From: Octopus bimaculoides
Taxonomy: Eukaryota
Assembly: GCF_001194135.2 (NCBI RefSeq)
Contig: NC_068982.1
Span: forward strand, 95,974,379-96,038,378
Reading direction: 5' to 3'
DNA length: 64,000 nt
Shown here in pieces: positions 27,245 through 38,504 of this stretch. Position 1 is the first letter of the stretch, and every line of letters starts with the position of its first letter. The position numbers and the translations under genes were made by a program. Under the pieces are notes generated by a model that had not been told where the DNA came from, did no database searches, and saw only the letters and a program-made list of their open reading frames with translations.

Positions 27245-27590
27245 ACGGAGATGCACTTGCATAGCAAGTGACCTGATCTGAGATCGTGTGCTGGAACGAA
27301 AACAATTGCAGCGTGGAAGGTGTTTATAAGCCATTTAAAATAACACACAAAATCCGTTAGATTCACTTCAACATTTAAATTTAATTTGTCAAAATATTTT
27401 CGTCACTTTGAGACCGCGACCTAATCACTGACAAAATTCTGTGCAGCACAGAATTTTGTCAGTGAACAGGTCGCGGTCTCAAAGCGACGAAAATATTTTG
27501 ACAAATTAAATTTAAATGTTGAAGTGAATCTAACGGATTTTGTGTGTTATTTTAAATGGCTTATAAACACCTTCCACGCTGCAATTGTTA
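27245..27590. mobile_element. Penelope-type non-autonomous insertion: 144-bp near-perfect palindrome with hammerhead motifs
   Basis: Arms 27301-27444 / 27446-27589 (3 mismatches, 1-nt spacer), unique 56-bp extension 27245-27300, 13-bp direct repeat ATAATAATATATT 27232-27244 / 27591-27603. Confidence 0.8.
27455..27505 (+). ncRNA. Minimal type I hammerhead ribozyme with G3:C8 swapped core
   Basis: TTTGTCA-GTGAACA-G-GTCGC(GGTCTCAAA)GCGAC-GAA-AATATT-T-TGACAAA: stems I and II pair fully, palindromic stem III, intact GAAA. Confidence 0.7.
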
Positions 27591-27639
27591 ATAATAATAT
27601 ATTTTCAGCAAAAATTGTGATCACAATTATATTTCAATA

Positions 27640-28620
27640 AACACCTTTTAACAGGATAATTTTCTTAACTTTTCAAATGTGAAGTAAAAGAGATAAGTCA
27701 ATAATTGGTAGATTAGGAAAGGATGCTGTTTTAGGGAATGGAATAAACTCTGACCATGTTCTTAAAATCAGAAGAGACCCGTGTAGAAAGAGAAGATTCA
27801 TGAGTTTAGCAATGATAAGATTCAACTCAGGAGCGCAACATTTAAGGGTAATCAAAGGTACATTTATGGAATCATTGTCTTTATTGATCTGAAGCATACA
27901 GAGGTGTTTCCTTAGTTGTATGTGTGTATAACACAGTGATGCTGACAGAGATGAGAGTAAAGTTTTGAAAGAGTCTTCTTTGTATTGTAGAGTTGGAAGC
28001 AATTCCTGTACCCACCATTAATGACTATTAGACACAAGAATTTTGAAAAGTTGGTAAAGTTCCATGTAACAAGAGACCAGAAGAACTGAAGGTAACAGGA
28101 AAGTTTGTAGACTGAGCAATGCACAAAGACATTTTACTTCTTCAGTGGGAGTTTGCATGCAGTCTACTTGGTGAAAGAGATAGCCCCAGATCTGGTATTA
28201 TCTGAGAGGTAACCATGTTTCATAAGTGGGGAGAACATTGGAACTCAGTACTGTGTGTTCAATGAAATAGGTAGACAGAAGTTGTATTGGAATGTCTTGC
28301 AGATTGACAGAGAGCCAGGACTTCAGATAATCAGCAGCGGTATGACTTATAAAGAGAAGCCATTAAGTATTTGAGACAGCTCACTAAACACAGACAGTTG
28401 CTTGGCACCTAAGTGATCAAAGTAGAACTAGAGGTTGTAGCAAAAACATAGTTACTCAAGTGAAGTAGGAAGGGAAAAAATTCAGAGTACAGTTGACAAC
28501 TAAGGGTTTCTTGTTATGTTCCAGAATCAAACTATAAAACAAGTTTAATGAGTAGGATGCATGTTAGATCTGCAGGGGAAAGAGAGAGAGAGAGTATTCT
28601 AATTGATATGAATGGTTCCC
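27640..28620 (-). mobile_element. Degenerate CR1-like LINE ORF2 fragment
   Basis: Minus-strand ORF 27673-28002 ...LKCCAPELNLIIAKLMNL...W..FIPFPK resembles the CR1/L2-type RT N-terminal region; many stops. Confidence 0.65.
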
Positions 28621-28959
28621 GTGTAGGAATTGCAAAGTTCAGATAAAAAGAATAAAGACAGCTAACACTGAAAGACACACGCACCAATGCTATATAGTTC
28701 TTGTGTCAAATAGTTGAAGATTCGCTGATGTCAAGGGCAACAAGACAGATTTCGACAGAGTTCAAGCTTGAGAGATCACCAAACATATAATGATGTCATC
28801 ATTAAAGTGAATCTCGTAGTCACCGAAAATATCAACAATATTTCAACTAAAAAAAAAGAAAGACTGATAATCCATAAATGTATATTTGTTTCTTTGATAT
28901 ATTCTGTAATATTTAAAAAATAATAATAATGAATGAGGGAAGGAAACGAAGATATTTTA

Positions 28960-29068
28960 CGAAAACAAGGCTTAGTTAGATTTGTGTAAGCTTGTATCAC
29001 TTAGTATGTCCTGTATTTGTCAAAGTTATTACGGTAAACAAACGAGAAAGAGAAGGAAAATAGTAAGT
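28960..29068 (+). promoter_or_regulatory. Putative non-coding first exon and splice donor of zinc-finger gene 3
   Basis: GGAAAATA|GTAAGT at 29062/29063; homologous to the 14525 region. Confidence 0.55.
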
Positions 29069-29749
29069 GGACCTATTATCAGTTCTTTATTTTTAAGATT
29101 ATCTATCTTTCGAATTTTAGTGAAAACATGCCCGCTCTTGACGAGCTTTATTTGGGCCGTTTAAAAGAAATAGATGAATAAACAAAGTAGGGCTACTTTC
29201 GATAAGCACCTCCCATTATATAGGTATATAGTTACGAAAAAAAAAAAAGTAATATGTTGACGAACGAATTACGAACAGTGGTCACTGTTTATAGTACTAT
29301 CGATATGCAAACATAGTCAGCGAAATTCAGCACACTATCTACCCTATCTGTGTGATATTATGTTAATGTGACATTGCATATTGTTTTGCATGCCTGTATG
29401 CCGGGAAATTTATTTAATGTGATCACCTTTTCGATGTCAGAAACTGTTTTCTGGATATGGTGCTTGGATGACATTAGTAAATTTCGAAACTCACTTGTAA
29501 CTAAAATACCGGTTGCCAACAATACTTATGTTTATATATGCTAGATAGAGAATTGCTATTTTTGGTAGTTGTACCCTATTTTATTTGATACCATACAAAA
29601 AATTTACATGCTGGTAGATATTTTGTATTGTCAGTAATGTTGCACTGTTGCATACATATGAAGTTGGTGGATAATTGCCTCACGCATAAGCGGTTTCTCT
29701 TTGATGACTGGTTGTTTCACAGTAGCGTCTGTCATCCTATATACTCTCT

Positions 29750-29943
29750 CTCTTTACTCTTTTACTTGTTTCAGTCATTTGACTGCGGTCATGCTGGAGC
29801 ACCGTCTTTAGTCGAGAAAATCGACCCACTACTTATTCTTTGTAAGCCTAGTACTTATACTATAGGTCACTTTTTGCCGAACCGCTAAGTTACGGGGACG
29901 TAAACACACCAGCATCGGTTGTCAAGCGATGGTGGGGGGACAA

Positions 29944-29974
<31 letters not shown>

Positions 29975-30140
29975 CAACGGGCTTCTTTCAATTTCCGTCT
30001 ACCAAATCCACTCACAAGGCTTTGGTCGACCCGAGGCTATAGTAGAAGACACTTGCCCAAGGTGCCAGGCAGTGGGACTGAACCCGGAACCATGTGGTTG
30101 GTAAGCAAGCTACTTACCACACAGCCACTCCTGCGCCTAT
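29750..30140 (-). mobile_element. tRNA-derived SINE (same family as 235-580), well preserved
   Basis: Full head-to-tail match, many CpGs retained. Confidence 0.9.
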
Positions 30141-31615
30141 ACATTAGGTCAATTTATCTTTCTGTTGTTTATTTTCTTCGTTTCGGATATTCATATGATG
30201 TTGGGGTCCATATCAACAAACACCTCTTTTTTGGGTACAGCACCTTTACCAAGATCTGCTCCTTTTGATGTTTAAAGTAACATTCGAAATGACCTGACGA
30301 TTTAAGATTTCATCTCAAAACAGTGTGCACCTTTTACAGGACGGCATGTCTTAGCAGAGGCTGTGCATATACCTACTCTTCCAGTATAGGATATTAGTTA
30401 TTTTGTAACTTATTCATAACTGGTCTCCGTGTACTGAAGCTATTCCTATATCGACCACTTGAAGGATCAATAAATAGAGTACTCACACCTCTAGGTCTGG
30501 CTAAGGGTATTACCAACTTGGGTAGTCACTCTGGGTGTTTTGTACTTGTGGGCGCCACATCTTGTATTTGGGGGTCTTCAAAATAAAAGAGGAAAATAAA
30601 AATGATGAATAAAATAATGCTTTATTCTTATAGTTAATAAACTATAGAAAACATTCCTGCTTTTACTGGTTTTACTTGTGAAAAAAAATTTTTTTTAAGG
30701 GATTCATTTGTAAGGGTGCCAAGATTCAGCTTGCTGAGAGCACAATACTTGGATCATTTGTGTAGTTTACATTACTGAAATTTTGATAAGTTAAAAAATG
30801 TATTCATTAAACTTAGCCAAATCTCACCTCAAATCGCATAGCACTGTATTAAATAAGGAAAGGACACATTAGGTAATGTAGTACTAATGTGTACTACAAA
30901 CCTCACAAAAGTCAGGATGTTCATGGCTAGAATGCCTCATATTATGTCTGCTTGATTTCAGTTGATCGAAGATTAAACAACAACTGTATCTTTTCCAAGA
31001 CTTTAGCATTACTCTCCTCTTTCACCTAATCCTAACTGTTGTGTATCCCCCCACCCACTAGGCTCTTCTTGTTTACTTCCTGTTCTAACTTTCAATATCA
31101 GTCTTTTCTCATTAACATTAATATTTAACAAACTGATATCTTGCTCTATCGTTTTATTTCAGGATGCCTGGTAACATTAGGACAACAGTTCGTCACTCAG
31201 GGTTCTACAACAAATTAATGAAGACTGTCACAAACTCTAGAAATGACATTATCAGAGAATACAAGTAATGATGTTAATATAATCTTTAAAAAGTCTGAAG
31301 ATAGACATATTAGTTGAAACTTAAAAGATAAAGTTAATTGGTTGGTATATATCTGAACCAGTACATGCATCTTGAAGTGATTCTGATTACAAGAAAATTA
31401 TCCATTTTGAAAAATGACTTTATCCGAAGAATGCACTTTGACAGCGTTTTATCTGAACATTTTTACTGGACAATCTACAATCCATTGTCAGAGATAATAA
31501 ACTAATGTCAGTGGGAAATTTTGAATTGAAGTCCTTGTGGATATTATGTCTCTTAGACAGCCACTCCAACAATTTTGAATATTAGGAAATGAGTTTTATT
31601 TGTATTTTATGAAGA

Positions 31616-32980
31616 ATGGATGATACTATGGAAAAGAAATTGTCTATAAGTCATGTTTCTGGTGAAGTACAATCTGATAATGGAGATTTATCACATCAAA
31701 CACATGTAGACATAGAGAAGCAATCATATACGTGTGACGTTTGTGGAAAAATATTCTCCAAGAATTGTGTTTTAACTTCTCACAAATGCATTCACACAGG
31801 TGAGAAACTATACCACTGTGATATCTGTGGTAAAAAATTCTCACACAAAAGAACATTAATTTATCATAACCATATTCACACAGGTGAGAAACCATACCAT
31901 TGTGATATTTGTGGTAGAGCATTTCCACATATGAGAACATTAACTTCTCACAAACATATTCACACAGGAAAGAAACCATACCACTGTGACATTTGTGGTA
32001 AAACATTTTCTGAAAGTGGAACGCTAACTCGTCATAAACGTATTCACACTGGAGAGAAACCATATCTCTGTGACACCTGTGGCAAAGCATTTACTCGCAG
32101 TGTACATTTGACTCGTCACAAACGCACTCATACAGGTGAAGAACCATACCACTGTGATATTTGTGGTAAAACCTTTTCGCAAAGTAGTACATTAACTTCT
32201 CACGTACGTATACATACTGGTGAGAAGCCATATCACTGTGATATCTGTGGTAAGACGTTTTCCAAGAACTGTAATGTAACTCGTCATAAACATATTCATA
32301 CAGGTGAAAAACCTTACCATTGTGATATTTGTGGCAAAGCATTTTCTCTCAGGTGTAACTTAACTTATCATAAACATACACACACTGGTGAGAAACCATA
32401 CCATTGCAATGTCTGTGATAAAACATTCTCACATATGTGTAAATTAACTTACCATAAATATATTCACACAGGTGAGAGACCTTACCACTGTGATATCTGT
32501 GGTAAAACATTTTCTCAGAGTACATATTTGAATTATCATAAACAAACTCACACTGGTGAGAAACCATATCATTGTGATGTCTGTGGTAAAAAATTCACAA
32601 AGAGTAGTTCATTAACATCTCATATACGTATTCACACAGGTGAAAAACCATTCTCTTGTGATATTTGTGGTAAAACGTTTGCTGAAAGAGGAACATTAAA
32701 TCGCCACAAACATATCCACACTGGTGAAAAACCATATCATTGTGATATCTGCGGTAAAACGTTTACTCATAAAGCAACTTTGACTCATCATAAATCCACT
32801 CACACAGGTGAGAAACCATATCATTGTAACATTTGTGGTAAAGCTTTCACACAGAGTAGTGCATTATCTTCTCATAAACGAATTCACACTGGCGAGAAAC
32901 CATTTCACTGTGATGTTTGTGATAAAACATTTTCTCACAAGAGTAATTTAATAGGTCATCAGCTTAAGTCACACAAGTAA
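31616..32980 (+). CDS. C2H2 zinc-finger protein (cluster gene 3), 454 aa, 15 fingers
   Basis: Uninterrupted C2H2 array; homologous acceptor ttttatttcag|G at 31162/31163; N-terminal leader homologous to genes 1 and 2. Confidence 0.95.
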   Translation: MDDTMEKKLSISHVSGEVQSDNGDLSHQTHVDIEKQSYTCDVCGKIFSKNCVLTSHKCIHTGEKLYHCDICGKKFSHKRTLIYHNHIHTGEKPYHCDICGRAFPHMRTLTSHKHIHTGKKPYHCDICGKTFSESGTLTRHKRIHTGEKPYLCDTCGKAFTRSVHLTRHKRTHTGEEPYHCDICGKTFSQSSTLTSHVRIHTGEKPYHCDICGKTFSKNCNVTRHKHIHTGEKPYHCDICGKAFSLRCNLTYHKHTHTGEKPYHCNVCDKTFSHMCKLTYHKYIHTGERPYHCDICGKTFSQSTYLNYHKQTHTGEKPYHCDVCGKKFTKSSSLTSHIRIHTGEKPFSCDICGKTFAERGTLNRHKHIHTGEKPYHCDICGKTFTHKATLTHHKSTHTGEKPYHCNICGKAFTQSSALSSHKRIHTGEKPFHCDVCDKTFSHKSNLIGHQLKSHK

Positions 32981-33307
32981 GAAGCCATAACAACAACATC
33001 GCAAGTAAAACATTCCCTGCAAACATTATCTAAACTTCTTATTGACATACACAATTAAAATGATACCTCTGTGGTATTTGTAACAAAATATTTTCACATG
33101 AAAGTAAATTAAGTTCTTGTAAATGTATTCACGCAGATGAGAAGTCATCCTGTTGAAACACTCCTATACAGGGAAAAAATTAATAATTCCATGTTCAACG
33201 CACAGGAGAGTAATATGGTGTTATGTATAGGAAATTTTCCCTTGTTTTGTGTTGTAGCAAGACATCACTTTTTCTCTCTGTTAATACATTAATCAAAATT
33301 CCTTTAA

Positions 33308-33507
33308 CTCTTTGGTTTTTAAACTGGCCATATAAGGCCCTAAGATTCTACCTCTTTTATGTTCAAACTAGCCTGATCCAGCTTCTCACATCTAAATAAA
33401 TAATCACATCATCAATATCTCAAAGCTATAAGATGACGTATGATTAATTTTTTAAAATGTGAATAAATAATTATTACATTTGACAGAGTAATCTGAATGT
33501 TGAAGAG
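33308..33507. mobile_element. piggyBac-like MITE
   Basis: TTAA|CTCTTT...GAAGAG|TTAA; homologous to 44631-44847. Confidence 0.6.
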
Positions 33508-33872
33508 TTAATGCTCTCATTAGTTATTTAAATAAGCAACTTCCATCATGTTAAACTTATGAGAAAAATTTCATCATATGCAATAAACCAAATGAGTTCA
33601 ATTTCTGTAACTAGTTCCTAAATTTGTTAAGTATTGGGAGGCCCATTTGTGACTGATTTCATGTTATGTATGTTGACAAATCTCCCTCCAAGCCATACCT
33701 ACAGAAGTTGTTGAATTCAGTGCGGCCAGCTAATAAGCCACTTGTCAGTATTATAATGCTGTCAAGTGGTGAGTTTTTTTTAAAATGCAAAATATACTAT
33801 CATGTCTGTAGTAAAGTATTCTCTCATTATTGTAGTTTGACTTGTGGAGGGCTTCATTTAGTTAGGAAACAA

Positions 33873-34044
33873 CACCATCATCATCATCATCATCATAGTT
33901 TAACGTCCGCCTTCCATGCTAGCATGGGTTGGACGATTTGACTGAGGACTGGTGAAACCGGATGGCAACACCAGGCTCCAATCTAATTTGGCAGAGTTTC
34001 TACAGCTGGATGCCCTTCCTAACGCCAACCACTCAGAGAGTGTA
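33873..34044 (-). mobile_element. RTE LINE 3' tail
   Basis: High identity to the other tail copies; (CAT)n end. Confidence 0.85.
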
Positions 34045-34869
34045 AGGGTTAGGGTTAGACTGCAAAATGTTCTCTCATTATAACAATGTCCTACATGAAT
34101 ACACATAACAACTTACCTTTAAAACAATGCATTTAATTGAAAGAAACTGTCACAATCGAAATTACCACACTGGAATTTTAAGACAGTAAGTCTTAGAGAA
34201 TGGATGAAATAGTTTTTATAATGAAATTTTGTTGAAATTATTTAAGAAATAGTCATAAAACAACACATGTAATATTTACTATTCCTGGTTCTATGAAGTA
34301 TTTTGCTTTTATTATAGTAGTAGTTACACATTTTTGAGAAACCCTTCTTCAAAATACCCAAAGATATTATAGATGTATTTGTTCTACTCTAAAATATTTA
34401 TGTATTAAATTCTTCCAAATTGTTTCTTCTGGTATGGACAGAAGCTAGAACTTACATTTCTTATTTTATAAAATTTGTTTTGGAATTCTCAGAGAGTAAA
34501 ATTGAAGAGTTTTGCAATGATAAAAACTAGTTCTAGATCTTACACGAAATAACATGCTAAAAAAGTTTACCATCACAGTATGTACTGATTGAATTCTTTC
34601 TGACAAGCTTCCAACTGAAGTAATGAGAAGTAGATAAAGTCTATACGTAGGTATCTTAGCTCCAAGATTCTCATGCCAGACATATTCAAATATTTTGGTG
34701 ATATCAAATGGAGTAAAATTGCTTTCACTGAACTTATTAAAGGCAAAGTACTATTTGTGAGTGACATAGTTTCCTTTGTAAATTTCATTGTGTAAGCCAT
34801 ACTGTTGGTTACAAGGAAAGAGAAAAAAATTAAAGAATTAAGATTGTTATATTCATTTTTATGATTGTT

Positions 34870-35560
34870 TGAAATGAGGTGAGTAAATTTGGAAAGGTTG
34901 CTGGAAGAATTTTAGCTAGGATGTTTGGATTTGTGTTAGGATATATAACCATAGATACCATGTTTCTAGTGAAACAACTGCAAGAGAAGTTTTTGGTTAG
35001 GAAGAGACAAAAATTTTCTTTGCTTTTATTGATCTTCTTTGGATATTCTTTAAGGATCCTTTTTCTTATTATAGCTTTTGAGCTGATAATTTTTTGGAGG
35101 CATTGAATGCATTGCTTTTAGCATGAAAATCCATGTAACCAAGACAAAGTTTGTATCCTATGGTATCTTTCCCTCTGAAAGGATCCCTGTCATAGTCATT
35201 GGTGTGATTTTAAAGACGGCTGATCAATTCAGGTACTTTGGTACTATTTTCACTGCCATAAGCCAGAGTAAAGATGAGATAGACATTCGCAACAACTATG
35301 CATGGAGTGTGTTCTGCCAACTTGAAAGCCAGGTTTGTTTAAGGTGAGAAATCCATCTAGCAACAAAAGTTCTCGTCTAGCAAGGACTTCTTATCCTGCT
35401 TTATGGCTGCAAGATATAGCCAATGAGCAGTATACTAATGAAAGAAAACGGAAAGTATTTAACCAGTCTTGCCTTTTCAAAGTATTGGAGATGATTGCCT
35501 CCTTTGCACACATGATGTTTGAAGTGAGTGTATTAGGTTGATATTTGGTGAGTTTGGAAA
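34870..35560 (+). mobile_element. Degenerate RTE-like reverse transcriptase fragments
   Basis: TIDTMFLVKQLQEKFL...FAFIDL and DQFRYFGTIF...DEIDIR motifs, frameshifted. Confidence 0.65.
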
Positions 35561-35589
35561 GGTTGCTCATTTTTGGTGGTAGAACATAC

Positions 35590-35952
35590 TCAGAACTTGA
35601 GAGAGCAAGATTGAAAAGTTTTACAATGATAAAATTTAATTGTAGAGCACATTTGAGAGTAATGGCAAGTACATAATCTGGGCCAGTGTTCTTGTTTATT
35701 TGTAGTGCTCAAATATTTGGTAACTATAAATAAAATTTTTATTGAGTGTATGCATTGTGGAGTTGGGAACAATGCAGGCAGTGAATGGGAAAACTTCCTC
35801 TGAAAGAGTGCTAATCGTGGAGAAATTTTGGTTAAGGAGTGAAGTGGATCTAGATTTTTAAATGTTGATAGAGATTCATGTGGCAAGGGACCAGAACAGG
35901 CCACCATTTGGGAGACAGGAGTGTTTGCATGTGGGCAAATGTACAAAGACAT
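35590..35952 (-). mobile_element. Degenerate CR1-like LINE 3' fragment
   Basis: Minus-strand ORF LDPLHSLTKISPRLALFQRKF..SLPALFPTP loosely resembles a CR1 ORF2 C-terminus. Confidence 0.45.
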
Positions 35953-36359
35953 CTTTTAAAATGTAAAACACTGATAGACAGACAGCCTCAAACCCCAGTA
36001 ACACTTGAAAAGTAGACTTGCTTTAGTAGTAACAAGAATGTATGTAGGATCTGTGAACAATGTAATGATTCCACAAAAGAGACAGGATCTCTGATGATCT
36101 GATAGAGAACTAGGATTTCAAATAAGATATATGCATAGGAATGGTTAATAGCAGGAACACTTCATGAAAGCAAGTTCGTTAACTGTTCATATAGTTCACC
36201 AACTATAGTTTCTGTCACCTAGATTATTTAAGCAGTTCTGGGGATAACTATAGTGAAAGTATTACAGCCCAAAAGAGGAATAAGTGGAAGAAATTCTGTG
36301 TATTGTTCTATTGATATCAAAGAATCTGTTGCTTTCAAACCTACTTTATGAAACTTATC

Positions 36360-37612
36360 CTGGGCAAAGTTCAGGGAGCTCCTACCTCTGCTGGCAACTA
36401 AGGTCCTCTTGCTCAGGGTGAAAGGTAGACTGTATGATACATGTGTGTGAACTGCCATGCTACACAGCAGTGAAACATGGGCCATGACTGCTGAGGACAT
36501 GCGTAGGCTTGAAAGAAATGGAGCTAGTATGATTCACTGGATGTGTAATGTCAGTGTGCATACACGACAGAGTGTAAGCGCCCTGAGAGAAAAGTTGGGC
36601 ATAAGAAGCATCAAACGTGGTGTGCAAGAGAGTTGGCTGCACTGGTATGGTCATGTGTTATGTATGGATGAGGACAGCTGTGTGAGGAAGCGCCACTCCC
36701 CAACTGTGGAAGAGGTAGACCCAGGAAGACATGGGATGAGGTGGTGACCTTTGAACATTGGACCTCACAGAGGCAATGACAGGAGACCAAGACCTTTGGA
36801 GATATGCTGTGATTGAGAAGACCTGGCAACTAAAGTGAGATTACAGCCATGCATGTCTGGCCCAGTTAAGAGTACCCTTGATGCATCAAGTGATATATGC
36901 TTGAGAAGACCTGTTGAGTCAAATAAAACCAATATCATATCTGTGGCCAGTGCCCACTGACTGGCTCCCATGCTGGTGGCATGTAAAAAGCACCATCCAA
37001 TCGTGGTTGATGCCAGGTCCACTTCACTGGCCCCTATGGTGGTGGCACATAAAAAGCACCATCCGAACATGGCTAATGCCAGTAACCCCCAACTGGCTCA
37101 CATGCCGGTAGCACATAAAATGCAGTATCCAGATGTGATCGATGCCAGGACCGCCTGACTGGCCCCTGTGCCAGTGGCATGTAAAAAGCACCATCCAAAC
37201 ATGGCTGATGCCAGTACCTCCTGACTGGCTCCTGTGCTGGTGGAACATAAAAGGCACCATCTAAATGTGGCTGATGCCAGTACCCCCTAACTGGCTCCCA
37301 TGCCAGTGGCATGTAAAAAGCACCATCCAAACGTGGCCGATGCCAATACACTCTGACTGGCCCCCGTGCCAATGGCACATAAAATATACTATCCAAACAT
37401 GATCGATGCCAGGCCCGCCTGACTGACTTCTGTGCCATTGGCACATAAAAAGCGCCCACTACACTCGCTGAGTGGTTGGCATTAGGAAAGGCATCCAGCT
37501 GTAGAAACATTGCCAGATCAGATTGGAGCCTAGTGCAGACTTCAGTCAAACCGTCCAACCCATTGCCAGCATGAAAAACGGACGTTAAACGATGATAATG
37601 ATGCAAGGATTA
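36360..37612 (+). mobile_element. 5'-truncated RTE LINE (ORF2 C-terminus plus 3' UTR)
   Basis: MLHSSETWAMTAEDMRRLERN...WYGHVLCM...GRPRKTWDEVV, followed by a 66-bp array and the tail shared with many window copies, ending (GAT)n. Confidence 0.9.
36945..37455 (+). repeat. 66-bp minisatellite, 8 units, in the RTE 3' UTR
   Basis: GGCAYRTAAAA anchor at 36978, 37044, 37110, 37176, 37242, 37308, 37374, 37440. Confidence 0.9.
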
Positions 37613-38504
37613 GGATGCATGTACAGTCTGCAAGGGTGACAGAAAACTTATGAGGCCATATTCTGTTGAATGTGCAATGTTCACCTGTATGAACGGTGGA
37701 GCACAAATGGTCTAAGATAGTATTAAGGTGATTAACCAATGTGTCTAGGAGAGAGAACTGAACTATTCCAGAGAAGTGTGTGCTTCTGTGCAATCAGAAG
37801 GCACTGAAAAAAAAGAGTTCTGCAACATTTGCAGAAAATCTCTTGGCAAGGGAGAAGGATCTGCTCCATTAATAGACAACAGAACAGGTAAACTATACTT
37901 TTGGCATTATTTTAAAATTTTTGTCTCAGATTAGTAATATCCAGAATTGGAATCAACAAAAGTGATGAAAAAAAAGGTGAGTGAATCTAACACTTCATAT
38001 TTTGCTAGTTCAGAAGAGCAGCAACTGCTATGAATGACAGACAAAATATGGTTAATAGTTACTGCATGCTGTGAGTAAATGTTTTGTCAATGTCCTGGGA
38101 ATATCCATAGATACAATCTACAATGTTTGCATTTGCATCAGTGCCAGATATGTGAATAGTATTCTATGAAATACTTTATATATGACAAGCAACTTTACAG
38201 AACTGAAAATGAAACCTTAGGTAGTGTTTTAACTCTCAAGAAACAGTGCGTCCTTTTAAATATGATTTTGTCTGTTTAGAGATCATCATAGAAAGGAAGG
38301 CATAACATTTGTAGAGACAAAAGTTTAAATTAGAAATTAATGAGGTTTCAATATTTTAAGTGTATCCAACATAAGTATATGTTCTGATGCTCTTGTTTCT
38401 GTTAAAAGATGTGTTCAGGAGCTTTACTTACAAACCAGTGAACATCTGACATGATGTCTAGGCAGCTGACATGTAGATGACATAACACACATATGCGAAA
38501 GACT

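Noticed and set aside
36945-37455. CRISPR-like appearance of the regular array
   Set aside because: The units are whole-length similar with no unique spacers, and the context is eukaryotic.
36765-37606. Repetitive minus-strand ORFs (LDGAFYMPLAWEPVRGYWHQ repeats)
   Set aside because: Translation of the 66-bp minisatellite and RTE tail; similar peptides appear wherever the repeat occurs.
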